Source: Prorocentrum cordatum (Eukaryota). From it: a stretch of DNA of 54,458 bases. The DNA lies in contig CAUYUJ010000240.1 of the NCBI GenBank assembly GCA_963575745.1, positions 62,001 to 116,458 on the forward strand, read 5' to 3'. Of the stretch, positions 24,651-36,047 are shown piece after piece. Made by a program: the position numbers and the translations under genes. Numbering within the stretch: position 1 is the stretch's first letter; the number at the start of each line of letters is the position of its first letter. Below the pieces are notes generated by a model. It worked only from the letters and a program-made list of their open reading frames with translations. It was not told the DNA's origin and did no database searches.

Positions 24651-25986
24651 TGGACATGTCTGCTGTGAAGCAAAGCTCGATGTACTTCCCGTGCTCGTCG
24701 GAGTCCAGATCATATTGGCTGTCCGGAACCGTGGAGCACAAAGGAACGTAGTAAGCAGTGTCCATGTCGTATCCTGGCGGGTGACCCCGCACCGGCAAGT
24801 GGCCTTGCACATCTTCACAGGTCGTAGAGACCAACACGCACTGTGAGTCTGTCATGTATGTCGGAACTGTATGCATGACTTCTTCTGTGTCAGCTTCAAG
24901 GAGTGTTCTGTCATCCATCAGTTCAGCATACCACGACTTCAAGACAAAGGCATCCAGATCTTCTTCTGTTTCCTCTATGATGGTCGGGAGCCGACCATCA
25001 TTCTCCGCAGGAGGCTGCTCAGGAGCAGCTGCTGGAGGTGACTCGCTTGGTGGTGGGCCATCAGCGAGTGCCTCAAACTTAGTGAGGTCTCGGTCGAATC
25101 CAGCAGGCGGCTTCTTGGATTTAAGACACTGGATGATGCGTGAGTGTGTAGATCCTGTGATGTCGTAGATGTTCAAGGCAGCGCCATCAGCTTCATAATA
25201 ATGAAAGCCAGGGGTCACATCATTATCATAGTGCACTAGTGTACAGCTGTCTGCATAAGGTGCAGCAGGCAACTTCGTCAGGCTCTTAGCAAGTCGTACA
25301 GCAACAACGTTTTCAATGCGAAAATAGTTGCGAATGAGATACTGAAGAGCCAAGTGCACCTTAGGCGAAAGCCGGCTCGCAGCAGTCATCTGCAGCCGGC
25401 CCTGTTTCGCTGGTAGATATCCGAAAGTCATGGCGGGTTTCCCCGCTGGCAGACCGGCAATAAAGGCCAATACTGTCCGAAGGGCCGTATTGTCCGATCC
25501 TATCTCGCGGACCATCAGTGCTTCGATGTACAGCGTATGTCGTGTGTCAGGATACTGTACTCGCACTTCGCGACTGCCGACCTTCACGATGACCTGACCT
25601 CGGTCAGGTTCGTTGCGGATGACCGGGTATGGACCACTCCATCCACCCCAGTCGTCTTTCGTGGTGGTCGGGCGATGATAGTCCACGAGATCTCCCTCTT
25701 TGTAGTGAAATTCACCCGTAGCAGTAGTCTTCGTACGGAGAGCCCTGTTCGTCTTGGCAACCGCAGTGGCCTGCGTGATTGCCTCCAGACTAACCCTCCT
25801 GATTGTTTCCTCCCTTGAGTGATCTGATGATTCAGCGGACTGATCATGATCCAAGACAGGGAAATCGGGAAGCATAGCTGGTTGTCTGCCATACAGCGCA
25901 TTATACGGAGAAACTTCGTTGTAGAAGGTAAATGCGTTGCTGGCAAACAAGGCTTCATGTAAAAGACGAATGAAATTCATAGGAAT
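24650..25986 (-). CDS. Integrase C-terminal region and linker (polyprotein segment)
   Basis: ASNAF...SPYNALYGRQP and GDLVDYHR...WSGPYPV are typical post-core integrase motifs; joins the upstream core in frame once the insertion is removed. Confidence 0.8.
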
Positions 25987-27925
25987 CCGCCGACCCTGTC
26001 GGCGTGTGTGAGGGGCTTGTCCGTTCGAGCCGTCATCTCCGTCATTCTTTGTACTCGTCGTCTCTGTCCTTCCCTTTCCCTGGGAGACCTCTTCCCCTGG
26101 GCCCCAGCCAAGCCGACCTTGAGCAACCTCGTAATTGAGTCGAAGGGAAGCCCCTTCCCTTTGATCCCTCCCCCGCCGGGAGGGGGGGGGGTGCAGCGAC
26201 CCCCCCCCCCCCGGGTCAGATACGACGCCCCCCCCTGGGACTCCTTTTCCCCTGGGCTCCAGCCAAGCCGACCTTGAGCAACCCCTGGGCTCCAGCCAAG
26301 CCGACCTTGAGCAACCTCGTAAGTGAGTCGAAGGGAAGCCCCTTCCCTTTGATCCCTCCCCCGCCGGGAGGGGGGGGGGGGGTGTCGACCCCCCCCCCGG
26401 GTCAGATGCGACGCCCCCCCCTGGGACTCCTCTTCCCCTGGGCTCCAGCCAAGCCGACCTTGAGCAACCTCGTAATTGAGTCGAAGGGAAGCCCCTTCCC
26501 TTTGATCCCTCCCCCGCCGGGAGGGGGGGGGGGGTGTCGACCCCCCCCCCGGGTCAGATACGACGCCCCCCCCTGGGACTCCTCTTCCCCTGGGCTCCAG
26601 CCAAGCCGACCTTGAGCAAATTGAGTCCTCGTAATTGAGTCGGGCTCCAAGGGAAGCCCCTTTCCCTTTGATCCCTCCCCCGCCGGGAGGGGGGGGGGGT
26701 AGCGACCCCCCCCCGGGTCAGATACGACGCCCCCCCCTGGGACTCCTCTTCCCCTGGGCTCCAGCCAAGCCGACCTTGAGCAACCTCGTAATTGAGTCGA
26801 AGGGAAGCCCCTTCCCTTTGATCCCTCCCCCGCCGGGAGGGGGGGGGGGGTGCGACCCCCCCCCCGGGTCAGATACGACGCCCCCCCCTGGGACTCCTCT
26901 TCCCCTGGGCTCCAGCCAAGCCGACCTTGAGCAACCTCGTAATTGAGTCGAAGGGAAGCCCCTTCCCTTTGATCCCTCCCCCGCCGGGAGGGGGGGGGGT
27001 GTCGACCCCCCCCCCGGGTCAGATACGACGCCCCCCCTGGGAAGCCAAGCCGACCTTGAGCGAATTGTCGAAGCCGGAAGCCCCCTTCCCTTTGATCCCT
27101 CCCCCGCCGGGAGGGGGGGGGGGGTGTCGACCCCCCCCCCGGGTCAGATACGACGCCCCCCCCTGGGACTCCTCTTCCCCTGGGCTCCAGCCAAGCCGAC
27201 CTTGAGCAACCTCGTAATTGAGTCGAAGGGAAGCCCCTTCCCTTTGATCCCTCCCCCGCCGGGAGGGGGGGGGGGGTAGTCGACCCCCCCCCCGGGTCAG
27301 ATACGACGCCCCCCCCTGGGACTCCTCTTCCCCTGGGCTCCAGCCAAGCCGACCTTGAGCAACCTCGTAATTGAGTCGAAGAGGAAGGGAAGCCCCTTCC
27401 CTTTGATCCCTCCCCCGCCGGGAGGGGGGGGGGGTGCGACCCCCCCCCCGGGTCAGATACGACGCCCCCCCCTGGGACTCCTCTTCCCCTGGGCTCCAGC
27501 CAAGCCGACCTTGAGCAACCTCGTAATTGAGTCGAAGGGAAGCCCCTTCCCTTTGATCCCTCCCCCGCCGGGAGGGGGGGGGGGTGTCGACCCCCCCCCC
27601 GGGTCAGATACGACGCCCCCCCCTGGGGGGCTCCAGCCAAGCCGACCTTGAGCAACTCGTAATTGAGTCGAAGGGAAGCCCTGGGCTCCAGCCAAGCCGA
27701 CCTTGAGCAACCTCGTAATTGAGTCGAAGGGAAGCCCCTTCCCTTTGATCCCTCCCCCGCCGGGAGGGGGGGGGGTAGCGACCCCCCCCCCGGGTCAGAT
27801 ACGACGCCCCCCCTTGGGACTCCTCTTCCCCTGGGCTCCAGCCAAGCCGACCTCGAGCAACCTCGTAATCTCTTGCTGCGCATTGCGAACAGGGTCGGCG
27901 GCACCGGCCGTCAGGCCTTCGCAAT
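25987..27925 (+). mobile_element. 1,939-bp non-coding insertion with asymmetric inverted repeats and an internal tandem array
   Basis: CCGCCGACCCTGT (25987-25999) inverted with ACAGGGTCGGCGG (27889-27901), then a 21-nt tail plus AAT; AAT at both junctions; removal restores ...RLNIPMNF. Confidence 0.85.
26090..27870. repeat. ~150-bp tandem repeat, about 12 units including partial ones
   Basis: Unit GGGCTCCAGCCAAGCCGACCTTGAGCAACCTCGTAATTGAGTCGAAGGGAAG...G-run...C-run...GTCAGATACGACG. Confidence 0.95.
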
Positions 27926-28470
27926 ATTCAACCTATTCAATTCTTCTCCCATCACGTGTATGAGGTGTCGCAGGATACCATTCCTAGCTTCGACAGTCGT
28001 GGCGTGTTGGCCACGCGCTCGGATACGAAGCTCTGTTCCCTTGGATTTAAGGATGGCCTTTGCTGTATCGTTATTCAGTGCTCCTTCCCCATCGGAGTAT
28101 AAGATCTTAGCAGGGCCATGTTGCATCCAAGTTGTGCGATAGGCATCGAGAACAGTATGCATAGTCTTATCAGGAATCTCTGTGCCAGCTGCCCAGCGAA
28201 TACAACGGTCGATGATGTGAAAAACAATATGTTCCTGTTTGTAAAAGAAAAGATCACATTCGACTTCCTCGTTGAAACGTCCTGGCAGTGACACAGAAGG
28301 CATCACCGTGTTGCCTGGTTTGTCCCAGGCACGACATTCTCTACACGAGTCGCAAATGCCTTTGATCAGACTCAAACGGGTTTCACCCAGACCAACCTTA
28401 GTTAGAATCATCCGCATTTTTGGTTCCTTGGCATGAAACCATCTCAAGTGGAGCTTGCGGAGTTCTCGCT
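27926..28470 (-). CDS. Integrase HHCC Zn domain and DDE core
   Basis: LHLRWFH...CDSC; ECDLFF, IIDRCIR, YSDGEG, VEARNGILR. Confidence 0.9.
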
Positions 28471-29249
28471 GCACTACAGCTGGGTCAAAGCTGCGCAGGT
28501 TTTGAAGGCTGAGCTGAACGTCGAAGCGAGTCCAATCAGGAAGCCTTGGCCTTGGCCTCGGCTCTGCTTGAGGCTGCGGCGGCGGTGGAGGATCTCCTCC
28601 CTCCATGCGTCCGCGCCTTGCTGCAACTTGTGGCAGTCTGCGGTGATCGTCAGAGCTACCAGCGCCAGTGGTGTTACCATGAGCCCCTTCGGCCCTGGTG
28701 ATGTCATGGCTGCTGGCGCCTGCGGTTGGATCTCCCTCACCGGGCCGTGGCGGCCTAGGCGCGCGTATGCGCGCTTTCGCGGCCGGCGCCGCTTTTGCGG
28801 CTGGCGCCGCTTTTGCGGCTGGAGCCGCTTCCGCGGCTGGCGCCGCAGGAGCGGCTTGCCCCGCTGGGCGCGGCTGACCAAAGTTATCTGGCAGCTTCCA
28901 TTTTTCGGCGAATCTACATTGGCCAGATATCTTGGTATGGTGAGGATTGCTCCTCTGATATTCCTTCTTACAGCTTGGACAGTCCCAATAGTATGGTTCA
29001 ACATCATACCATCGACACATCTTCGGATCCCTGCTGGGTCTTGGTGATTGTTTGTAGTTGTTGTCTACACAGCCAGGACGCCCAAGACCGCCAGGTGGTG
29101 GTCGCCGGATTTCTCCGTTTGGGTGTCTCTGGATTGTTGGGTCGTCCAAGTCGTAGCCAGCACTGTTTGTTACGAACGCGTAACTGCGTTCGCGATTCGC
29201 GAATGGATCGCGACCGTAGGCAAACAGATCTTTGGCGATTTGCACCGCA

Positions 29250-29870
29250 TCAACGATCAATGACTGCATTCTGTAGGTATACTGCGCCGCCCTTGCTTGT
29301 TCTTTGTTGCAAGCATTGGCGTGCACATGATTACCTGGACAACGCTTGCCTCTAAAAGGTGCCAACAACTCTTCTTTGTTTCCCATCATCTGTGTTGGCT
29401 TGCGAATGTATTGTCCAAACGAATCTTTGAGACCCGTCGTGCATTGATCCATAATCGTTTGGCAAGTGACCTTGCGTTGTGCCAGTTCCTTCCACGGCTG
29501 GATCTCGTCCACCCACGTGCCCATTGGTAGTTCCCTGAGAAAGAAACGTCTTAGGTCGTCTTGTAATAGAGCGACTGTTCCGCAGAACGTGATATGAGGC
29601 AGGTCCTCTTTGTGGTGTTTAAGCCACGTATCATGATTGACCTGTGCATTGAAGTAGGAAGGAAGTCCAGTAGTTCTGCAGCTTGGCTGCAAAATCGTGA
29701 TCTTGGCAAAGCAAGTCTTGAGGTAGTGAAGGACTGCCCTTTGTACTTCCGAGTTTCCGAGGTCAACCATAGATATCTTATCAAGGTTCCCGCCCGACGA
29801 GAGTCCCCTCTTGAAGGCTAATATGGATATACCACCCTTGCCCCCACATAATTCAAGCATGTCCACTTGA
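29250..29870 (-). CDS. C5 cytosine methyltransferase-like domain
   Basis: Motif I-like ELCGGKGG, IV-like QPSC, VI-like LRELP, VIII-like DQCTTG...RKPT, then C..H.H and X-like AAQYT. Confidence 0.7.
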
Positions 29871-30639
29871 TTGTTTCTGCCGTAGCATAGTGACTGGACC
29901 ATCGAGAAGACATCAGCATGTGAGTCAGCGGGTTGCCCCGCCGGTAACATCATGAAAATGTCCTCTGATTCGCTGTCCGAGTCCGAGTCATCCAGAGGAA
30001 CGTCGTTGAAATATGTGGAGCAGTCAAGCCCTTTGAGGTCCTCTCCACAGTCGTCGTTACCGTTTTCTACTTTCTTCTGGATTTTCTTCGGTTTGATGCC
30101 GGCCTCTTTGTCAGCTTTCTGCTTTTCTTTCTGTTTTATCCTGGCATCAGTGGGCAGCGCAGTTTCCGCGGAGAGATCCGCTGCGGAGGGATCCGCTGCG
30201 GAAGGATCCGCTGTTAAGTCAGGAAATGCGAATTTCAGGAAAGTTGGTGGGTCGCGTTTGGCAACGCTCAATCGAAGGGGGAGGAGACCGATCGTCATCG
30301 ACGATCGTCACGCGCTTTGGGCGTGGCCTTCGCGACTCACCGTCGCCGTGAAGAACTGGAGCCGGAGGCTCCCAGTATAACCGAGTACTGATGTTTGTAA
30401 CCCCATCAGGTAATGGAGCTACATAATTGTACCCAGTCGGCTGATCCTGGATTTTGATATCTTGAACGATCTTATTCGTGTCCAGGTCGGTCGTGACTCT
30501 ACGAACAACATGGTCCCATTGAGGGCCCTTTTGTGGGCATTGAACGTAGTGTCTTACCTTTTTGTCAACGCGCGTACACACACTGAGGTGCACCGCACTC
30601 CGCTCATTCCTAATCATGTTGGCTTTATTGAGTTGATCA

Positions 30640-31115
30640 AGGAAGCGTGCAGTGATGATAGGCAAGGTTTTATGCCGGAACTCGGCACGTTGCTGATCTT
30701 GGCCGTACCAATCCAAATCATGTTCTTTGTGTGAGCCACAAGTACATCTCCATAAGTTTATCGGTATATGAGGGCAAGATGTAGCAACTTGTATATAAGA
30801 ACCACTGGGATAGTTACTGGAGCGGTCAAACTTGATACCGAAATGACAGAGTCCCATTCGTATAATGCTTGACTTCAAATCTTCGATAACATCTTTGATG
30901 GGACCCTGTTTCCAGAAATGCCCGGGTGGCCCCAGGATAACAATCTGCATTCTCAGAGCACGCGCTTTGATCAGGAGATTTTGTATACGTTGATAGTGTG
31001 GTCCCGCCCTCTTTCCTGGAGTACGAACGTACCAATCAGAGGGTGTGGCCACCCACAACATATTATAGTCTCCTGCCAACAAATTTCCCAAATACTGTGT
31101 TCCAGTTGAAGTCAT
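30640..31115 (-). CDS. Second, degenerate MTase-like domain
   Basis: LWVATP, ILGPP..FW, GLCHFG and CTC..H parallel the downstream domain, but the catalytic Cys and Glu are missing. Confidence 0.4.
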
Positions 31116-31929
31116 TACCTCATTATGGGTAATCCGGTCACATATATAGCCACGGGTTCGGAGTTCAGCGCAAGCTGTGCGAATATCTTCGATGACAAGA
31201 CATTTTGAATGATATTTTTCCTCTCGGGCCTCAGCGCGGCCAACGCATGTAGCGAGGAGGCCGGCATTCGGCTTCTCTTCGCAAGCGAGCGCCGCCAGCG
31301 CGCCCGCCTGCCCCCGTCAGCGGCGGTGTGAGACCCAGTTGCCGCTTGGCTCGGAGGCATGCTGTTAGCGGATGGCTCCGCAGGAGTCGCTGGTGTGGCC
31401 ACGCTCGCAGACAGAATCGGCGGATTGTTTTCGGAAATGTCACAATATTCCGTCCGATCCGTAGCGTGACCCACGATCTCCACGCGGGTTGGCCCCGCAG
31501 AGTCCGACGAACCTCCGCCCGTGTAGCTTGGTGGCGGTGGCGGCGACGCGGGTGGCCCCGCTGGATCCTCAGGCGCCCATTTGCTCACCGCCTCCTGGAC
31601 TGCCCAGAAGATCTTGGACTTCAGGGCAGCCTTCATGCGTGGCCCAGTCCCTTCGGGGCCCTGTCGGCACTCCCACCAGCTGTTCAGCGTCCTGTTCACG
31701 ATCAAACGGGTCGTGTCCTCCAGGAGCTGCTTGTCGATGTACGGCTCGACGATGTACGTATCGGTCGTGAAGGTCGCGGACTGTCCCGTCGCGGGTGGCC
31801 CCGCTGTTGCTTCAGCGGGTGGCCCCGCACTGACGGGGTCCTCTTCGTTCTCCGTCTCGGTGTAGCCATCTCGGCTGCTGCGGATCGTGAAGGTGTTCGT
31901 GACCGTGTGGCTCTTGGCCCCATCGTACA

Positions 31930-32380
31930 ACCCGCAGGGAATCGCGAGATGTCCCGAGGGAGTCTTCTTCGCCTTCAGGACCTTGGCGCCTCTTCCCAGC
32001 TTCAGGGTGTAGTCACCGCTGGGGAAGATGACCTTCTGGTAGCCCGGCTTCAACACGATGATCGTATCACGTGCCTCCATGGCTCCTAGGCCCCAGATGG
32101 CCGGGAGATTGGCACCCGAGCCTTCTGCGATGTTGGAGGCATACTCCTCAATACGGGGGCTCGCCTCGTTGGCATACTGTACCCCGATCTTGAAGTTGCC
32201 CATCTTCCGACATATCGCAGCGCCCTCCCCAACACCATTGATGTAGAGGGTCTTGCTCAGGGTGCAGATGGCAGGTCGGTAGTTGAACCTGGCCATTATC
32301 TCCTGGAAGGTCCGCGCCGTGTTGGATCCAATGATGTTCACATTAGAACCAATGTCCAGCATGAACGAGATACAGGGCAT
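31930..32380 (-). CDS. Retropepsin-like aspartic protease
   Basis: FMLDIGSNVNIIG, INGVGEG, LPAIWGL, TPSGHLAIP. Confidence 0.8.
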
Positions 32381-33189
32381 ACCATCTTCATCAGGAAAGA
32401 ATGTCCCATTGCGCGCTGCAAGAGCGACCTGTACGCCAGTGTGGTCGTTGGTGTGGTACGTGATCTGCGATCCGAGTGTACCCCTCAACAGGCGCTGTTC
32501 AAGAACCCATTGACTCATGGTCAGCTCGGTGCACCACATCTGCTCGTACTGGCGGCGCTCCTCCACAGTAATCGGTTCCTGCTGGAGGACCCAATAGTTT
32601 GCAGATAGCGTGGACATCCATTCGCCTCCTGGTGGCAGCGTGTCAGTATCGTCACGCGCGTAGGTCAGCCCCTCTGTGTCAATCATGAACGTGGAATGAA
32701 ACTGGGCTGCCTCTGCGCTCTCAGCGCTTGCCCGGCTTCTGGCGCTGACCGGGCTTGCCACTCGAGAGGTCCTGGTTGATCCAGTTGGCCTCCGAATCCC
32801 GCCTCCGCTCCTGCCACTCCGCCTGATGTTGGCCTCCATGGCCCTCAAGAAACCTGGGTTTGGAGGTCCGTTTGCGGGTGGCCCCGCTTGGGCGGCGGGA
32901 GCCGCTTCAGCGGGTGGCCCCGCAGCTGGGGGCTCCTGCGCTCGGAGCGTGGACAGGATCGGCATCTGAATGCCTTGCTCTGGCGCTGGCCAGGGGTATG
33001 CCTGTGCAGCTGGGGCACGTGCGGATGGCTCCGCCGATAGAGCGACTCGAGCCTCCAGTGCCTCCACTGCTTCGCGTAACCGACGCATTTCTCGGGCATC
33101 TGCAACGTGCCTTTCCTGCTGGCGCGCTTGGTCCGACTCAGCGTCGCGCTGTCCAGCATACGGGAAGTGTGCTATCACTATGCCCGGTC

Positions 33190-33350
33190 CACGGCATACG
33201 GCACAGGGGGCCTCATTCGGCGCACCTGGCCGCTGATTGCGGACGTGCTGCTGTGCAACACGGTCCCAGCATATGTCGTGAAAGAAGTGCCCGCACGCCA
33301 GTCTCCACACTGTAGTGCCCATCTCGTAGTTGTCCATGCAGATTGGGCAC
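33190..33350 (-). CDS. RING-H2 zinc finger
   Basis: CPIC-x14-CGH-x2-H-x2-C-W-x20-CAVC. Confidence 0.85.
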
Positions 33351-34989
33351 TGAGCGAAGTTGTAGTCTGAAAATTTCTGGAGCAGGCGCGTCAGGGCGAG
33401 TCCGAGCTTGGCGCTCGAAAGTGGTTTCGCCCTCCCGATATGGCGTCGGTGGCGGCCGTCTGTCTGGCCGTTCAGCGGGTGGCCCCGCTTCTGCGGGTGT
33501 CCCCGCTTGGGCCTCGCGCTCAATCCTTCTCTGGATCGCGCGTTGTTGGCGCAGCCTGGTGTTGTCACGAGCCTGCTGCCTGGATGCCAGTATCGCTTGC
33601 TGCGTGTTGTGCACGTCGCGGATGCAGTCTGGCACGCTGCCCATAGCGGCTGGCACCGCGAGACCAGCTGGCTGTACTATGGTCTCGGGGTCCGTCGGCG
33701 TGGGCATGTAGGCGTAGTGCGGCATAGACTGCGCATCGACCGCTCGTGTAAACTGCAAACGAAACATCTCATTAGCTAGGTTCCGAGTGTATTCGTTCGC
33801 AGGTGGCCCCGCAATCATAGGAGTGTTATTCATCTGCGCGTAGTACTCCGGGTACATCGGCGCGTCCATGGCCTGCGCCTCTGCTGGACCGTGATTGTCC
33901 CATCCATATATCGGGTGTGATGCTATTCCTGGAATAAACACCTGTCGATATGGATTCGTGGGATCAGCATTTGGAGCATCTTCAGAAGTCCAACTCCAGA
34001 GAGGTCGAAAGTCGCCATGATTCGTAACATCTATGTTGCGGTTCCGCAACAGGCTGGGCACTCTATCAGCTTGTTGCTGCAGAAAAGTAGCCTGTGCTCT
34101 TAAGTTGGCTGCCCGACGTTCGTAGTCTGAACCTTGCTGTCCGTCAGCGGGTGGCCCCGCTTGAGCGGGTGGCTCCGCAGGCGTTCGCTCGGCGGGTGAC
34201 CCCGCAGCCACTCCTCCTTCACTACCCCTCGGAGTGCCAAAGGGAGTGGTTGCTTGGAGTGCTGCCGCGAGTGCTGGATTTCCGCGAATCGCCTGGAGTC
34301 TTTGCCACAAGCTGTTCTCGCTCGTTTCAGACGGCGGAGTCCGGAACGGCGAGCCACCATCTGGAGCCGCCCATAGGGACAAACCTCGCACCTCCAGCCT
34401 GCTGCGGAGGGCGTTGTGGCTGTGGTCCTAGGGCGCCTGGTGGCCCCGCAGGAGTGCGCAGGTTCCTCTGCTGTGCGTCTTGGATACCTGTATGCACTGC
34501 CCACGGGCCAGCACGATATAGCTGATCGGTCAGTCCAGAAACGTCGGCTGGTGACAGGTAGCTGTTGAGGGCCTGGACCCACGTCTGCTGGTCCGGCCTC
34601 CAAGGAGATGCTACCGCGGCTACTGGTGCGACCACTTGCTGCCATGAACCATCCGAGGTGTCTGCCGCGGGTGTCCCCGCACCTGCGGGTGGCCCCGCCT
34701 CAGGCATGACCTCGTCTTCCTGGGCATTTATCATGAGGACTGTCTGTGTGAGGTACGGTCGTGGAGCAACATCTTGCTCGGTCATGATCAGGTTGAATGG
34801 GCGACCGCCCGTCTTAGTCCAGCCCTTTAGGTACATGGCGTGATCTTCCATCACACCCAGAGTTCTGTCACATAATTTAAGTGGCAGGTAATCCTCGGTG
34901 CGAATCCTGTCTGCGGGTTGGCCCCGCCTCCGCGATTTGTCATAAGCCAGCGGATTGCTCCAGGCTTCACCGACCCGATATTTTGCAAT

Positions 34990-35740
34990 GCTCACAATCT
35001 GGAGGATATGATCGGGCGGTATGCGGCCGTCGTGGCCCCGTGTCATGACGATGTCATTCGCTGACCTCCATAGAGAAAAGCCGCTGGACAACATCTTGCT
35101 GATGCTGCAGAAGATGAGCACCTCAGAGTCAGGACGGATGCCCGACTGAATCCTCGGGCACCCGGGAGGTAGGGGCAGCCGTGTACGAACTGGCGCCCCC
35201 CCTGCCCCTTAGGGTTGTCCTGTGCGAGGCATGAAAGGCCATTATCAAGGATGCCCTTGACATGTTCCCACTGTGTCCCGTGGATGAAGTATACTGGGTC
35301 ATCTGGTTCCTTCATCCATGTTGTGATCGGCTTATAGAGCGACTCGGGGCAGTGGATGCCTGGGCTGCTATGGCCGTTCGTGGCTCTGATGAAGTATTGT
35401 GGCCTGCGTGCCGTTGGTCGGAATCTGGGAGGTAGCTTCACGCTATCCTCGACGCACTTCATCTGGAGCCTGCCCTTCTGCATGCCATGGTTGTCGATCA
35501 TCTCGCAGCAGTTTAGCAACACCCAATACACGTATGAACAGTGAGGGTTGCCTTTGATCAGCACATCGTGCATGTCCCGGTAGCCTTTCCACTGATCGTT
35601 TTCAGTCCAGTTTGTCAGCAAATCGTCAACAACAACCCAGCCATCGTATGGATCGAAAGTGTTAATCTTTTCGAAGTGTCGGCTGAATCCATCTTTCCAA
35701 TACGGACTATGGCGTAGGGCTGTAGAGAACCATATTGACA
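34990..35740 (-). CDS. Tpt1/KptA RNA:NAD+ 2'-phosphotransferase domain (1-nt frameshift at ~35158)
   Basis: STALRH, DGWV.VDDLL, KGRLQ, IRATNGHS, IHGT...ILDNGLS, GRQFVH, LPG/PRIQSGIRPDSEVLI, RSANDIVMTRG.DGRIPP, all in Tpt1 order. Confidence 0.88.
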
Positions 35741-36047
35741 CCTTGGTCATTTGCCAATCGCGCGGCAGAGTCGGATCAGTGTAAAACTTCTCCATGACCT
35801 TCATGAGCTCTGCCCTGTGCTGCGCGACGCGCAATGGCGGCCTGTCCCGCAACATATTTCCCACGGCTTGTTGTTCACGTTCCCAATCGTTACGGCACTC
35901 GAAGTTACGGCGATCAGGGCAGTTAATGACCTCGTATCGATCTGCATCATCTCGAGTGACTCGTGGGTTTATGGTGCGTCTCGGGCCATTGCCTTCAATG
36001 CCTTGCCAATATTCAATGGCTCCCAGAGGGATGTTCGTGAGAACAGA

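Noticed and set aside
26090..27870. CRISPR-like appearance of the regular array
   Set aside because: Whole units repeat with no unique spacers; no cas genes; eukaryotic context.
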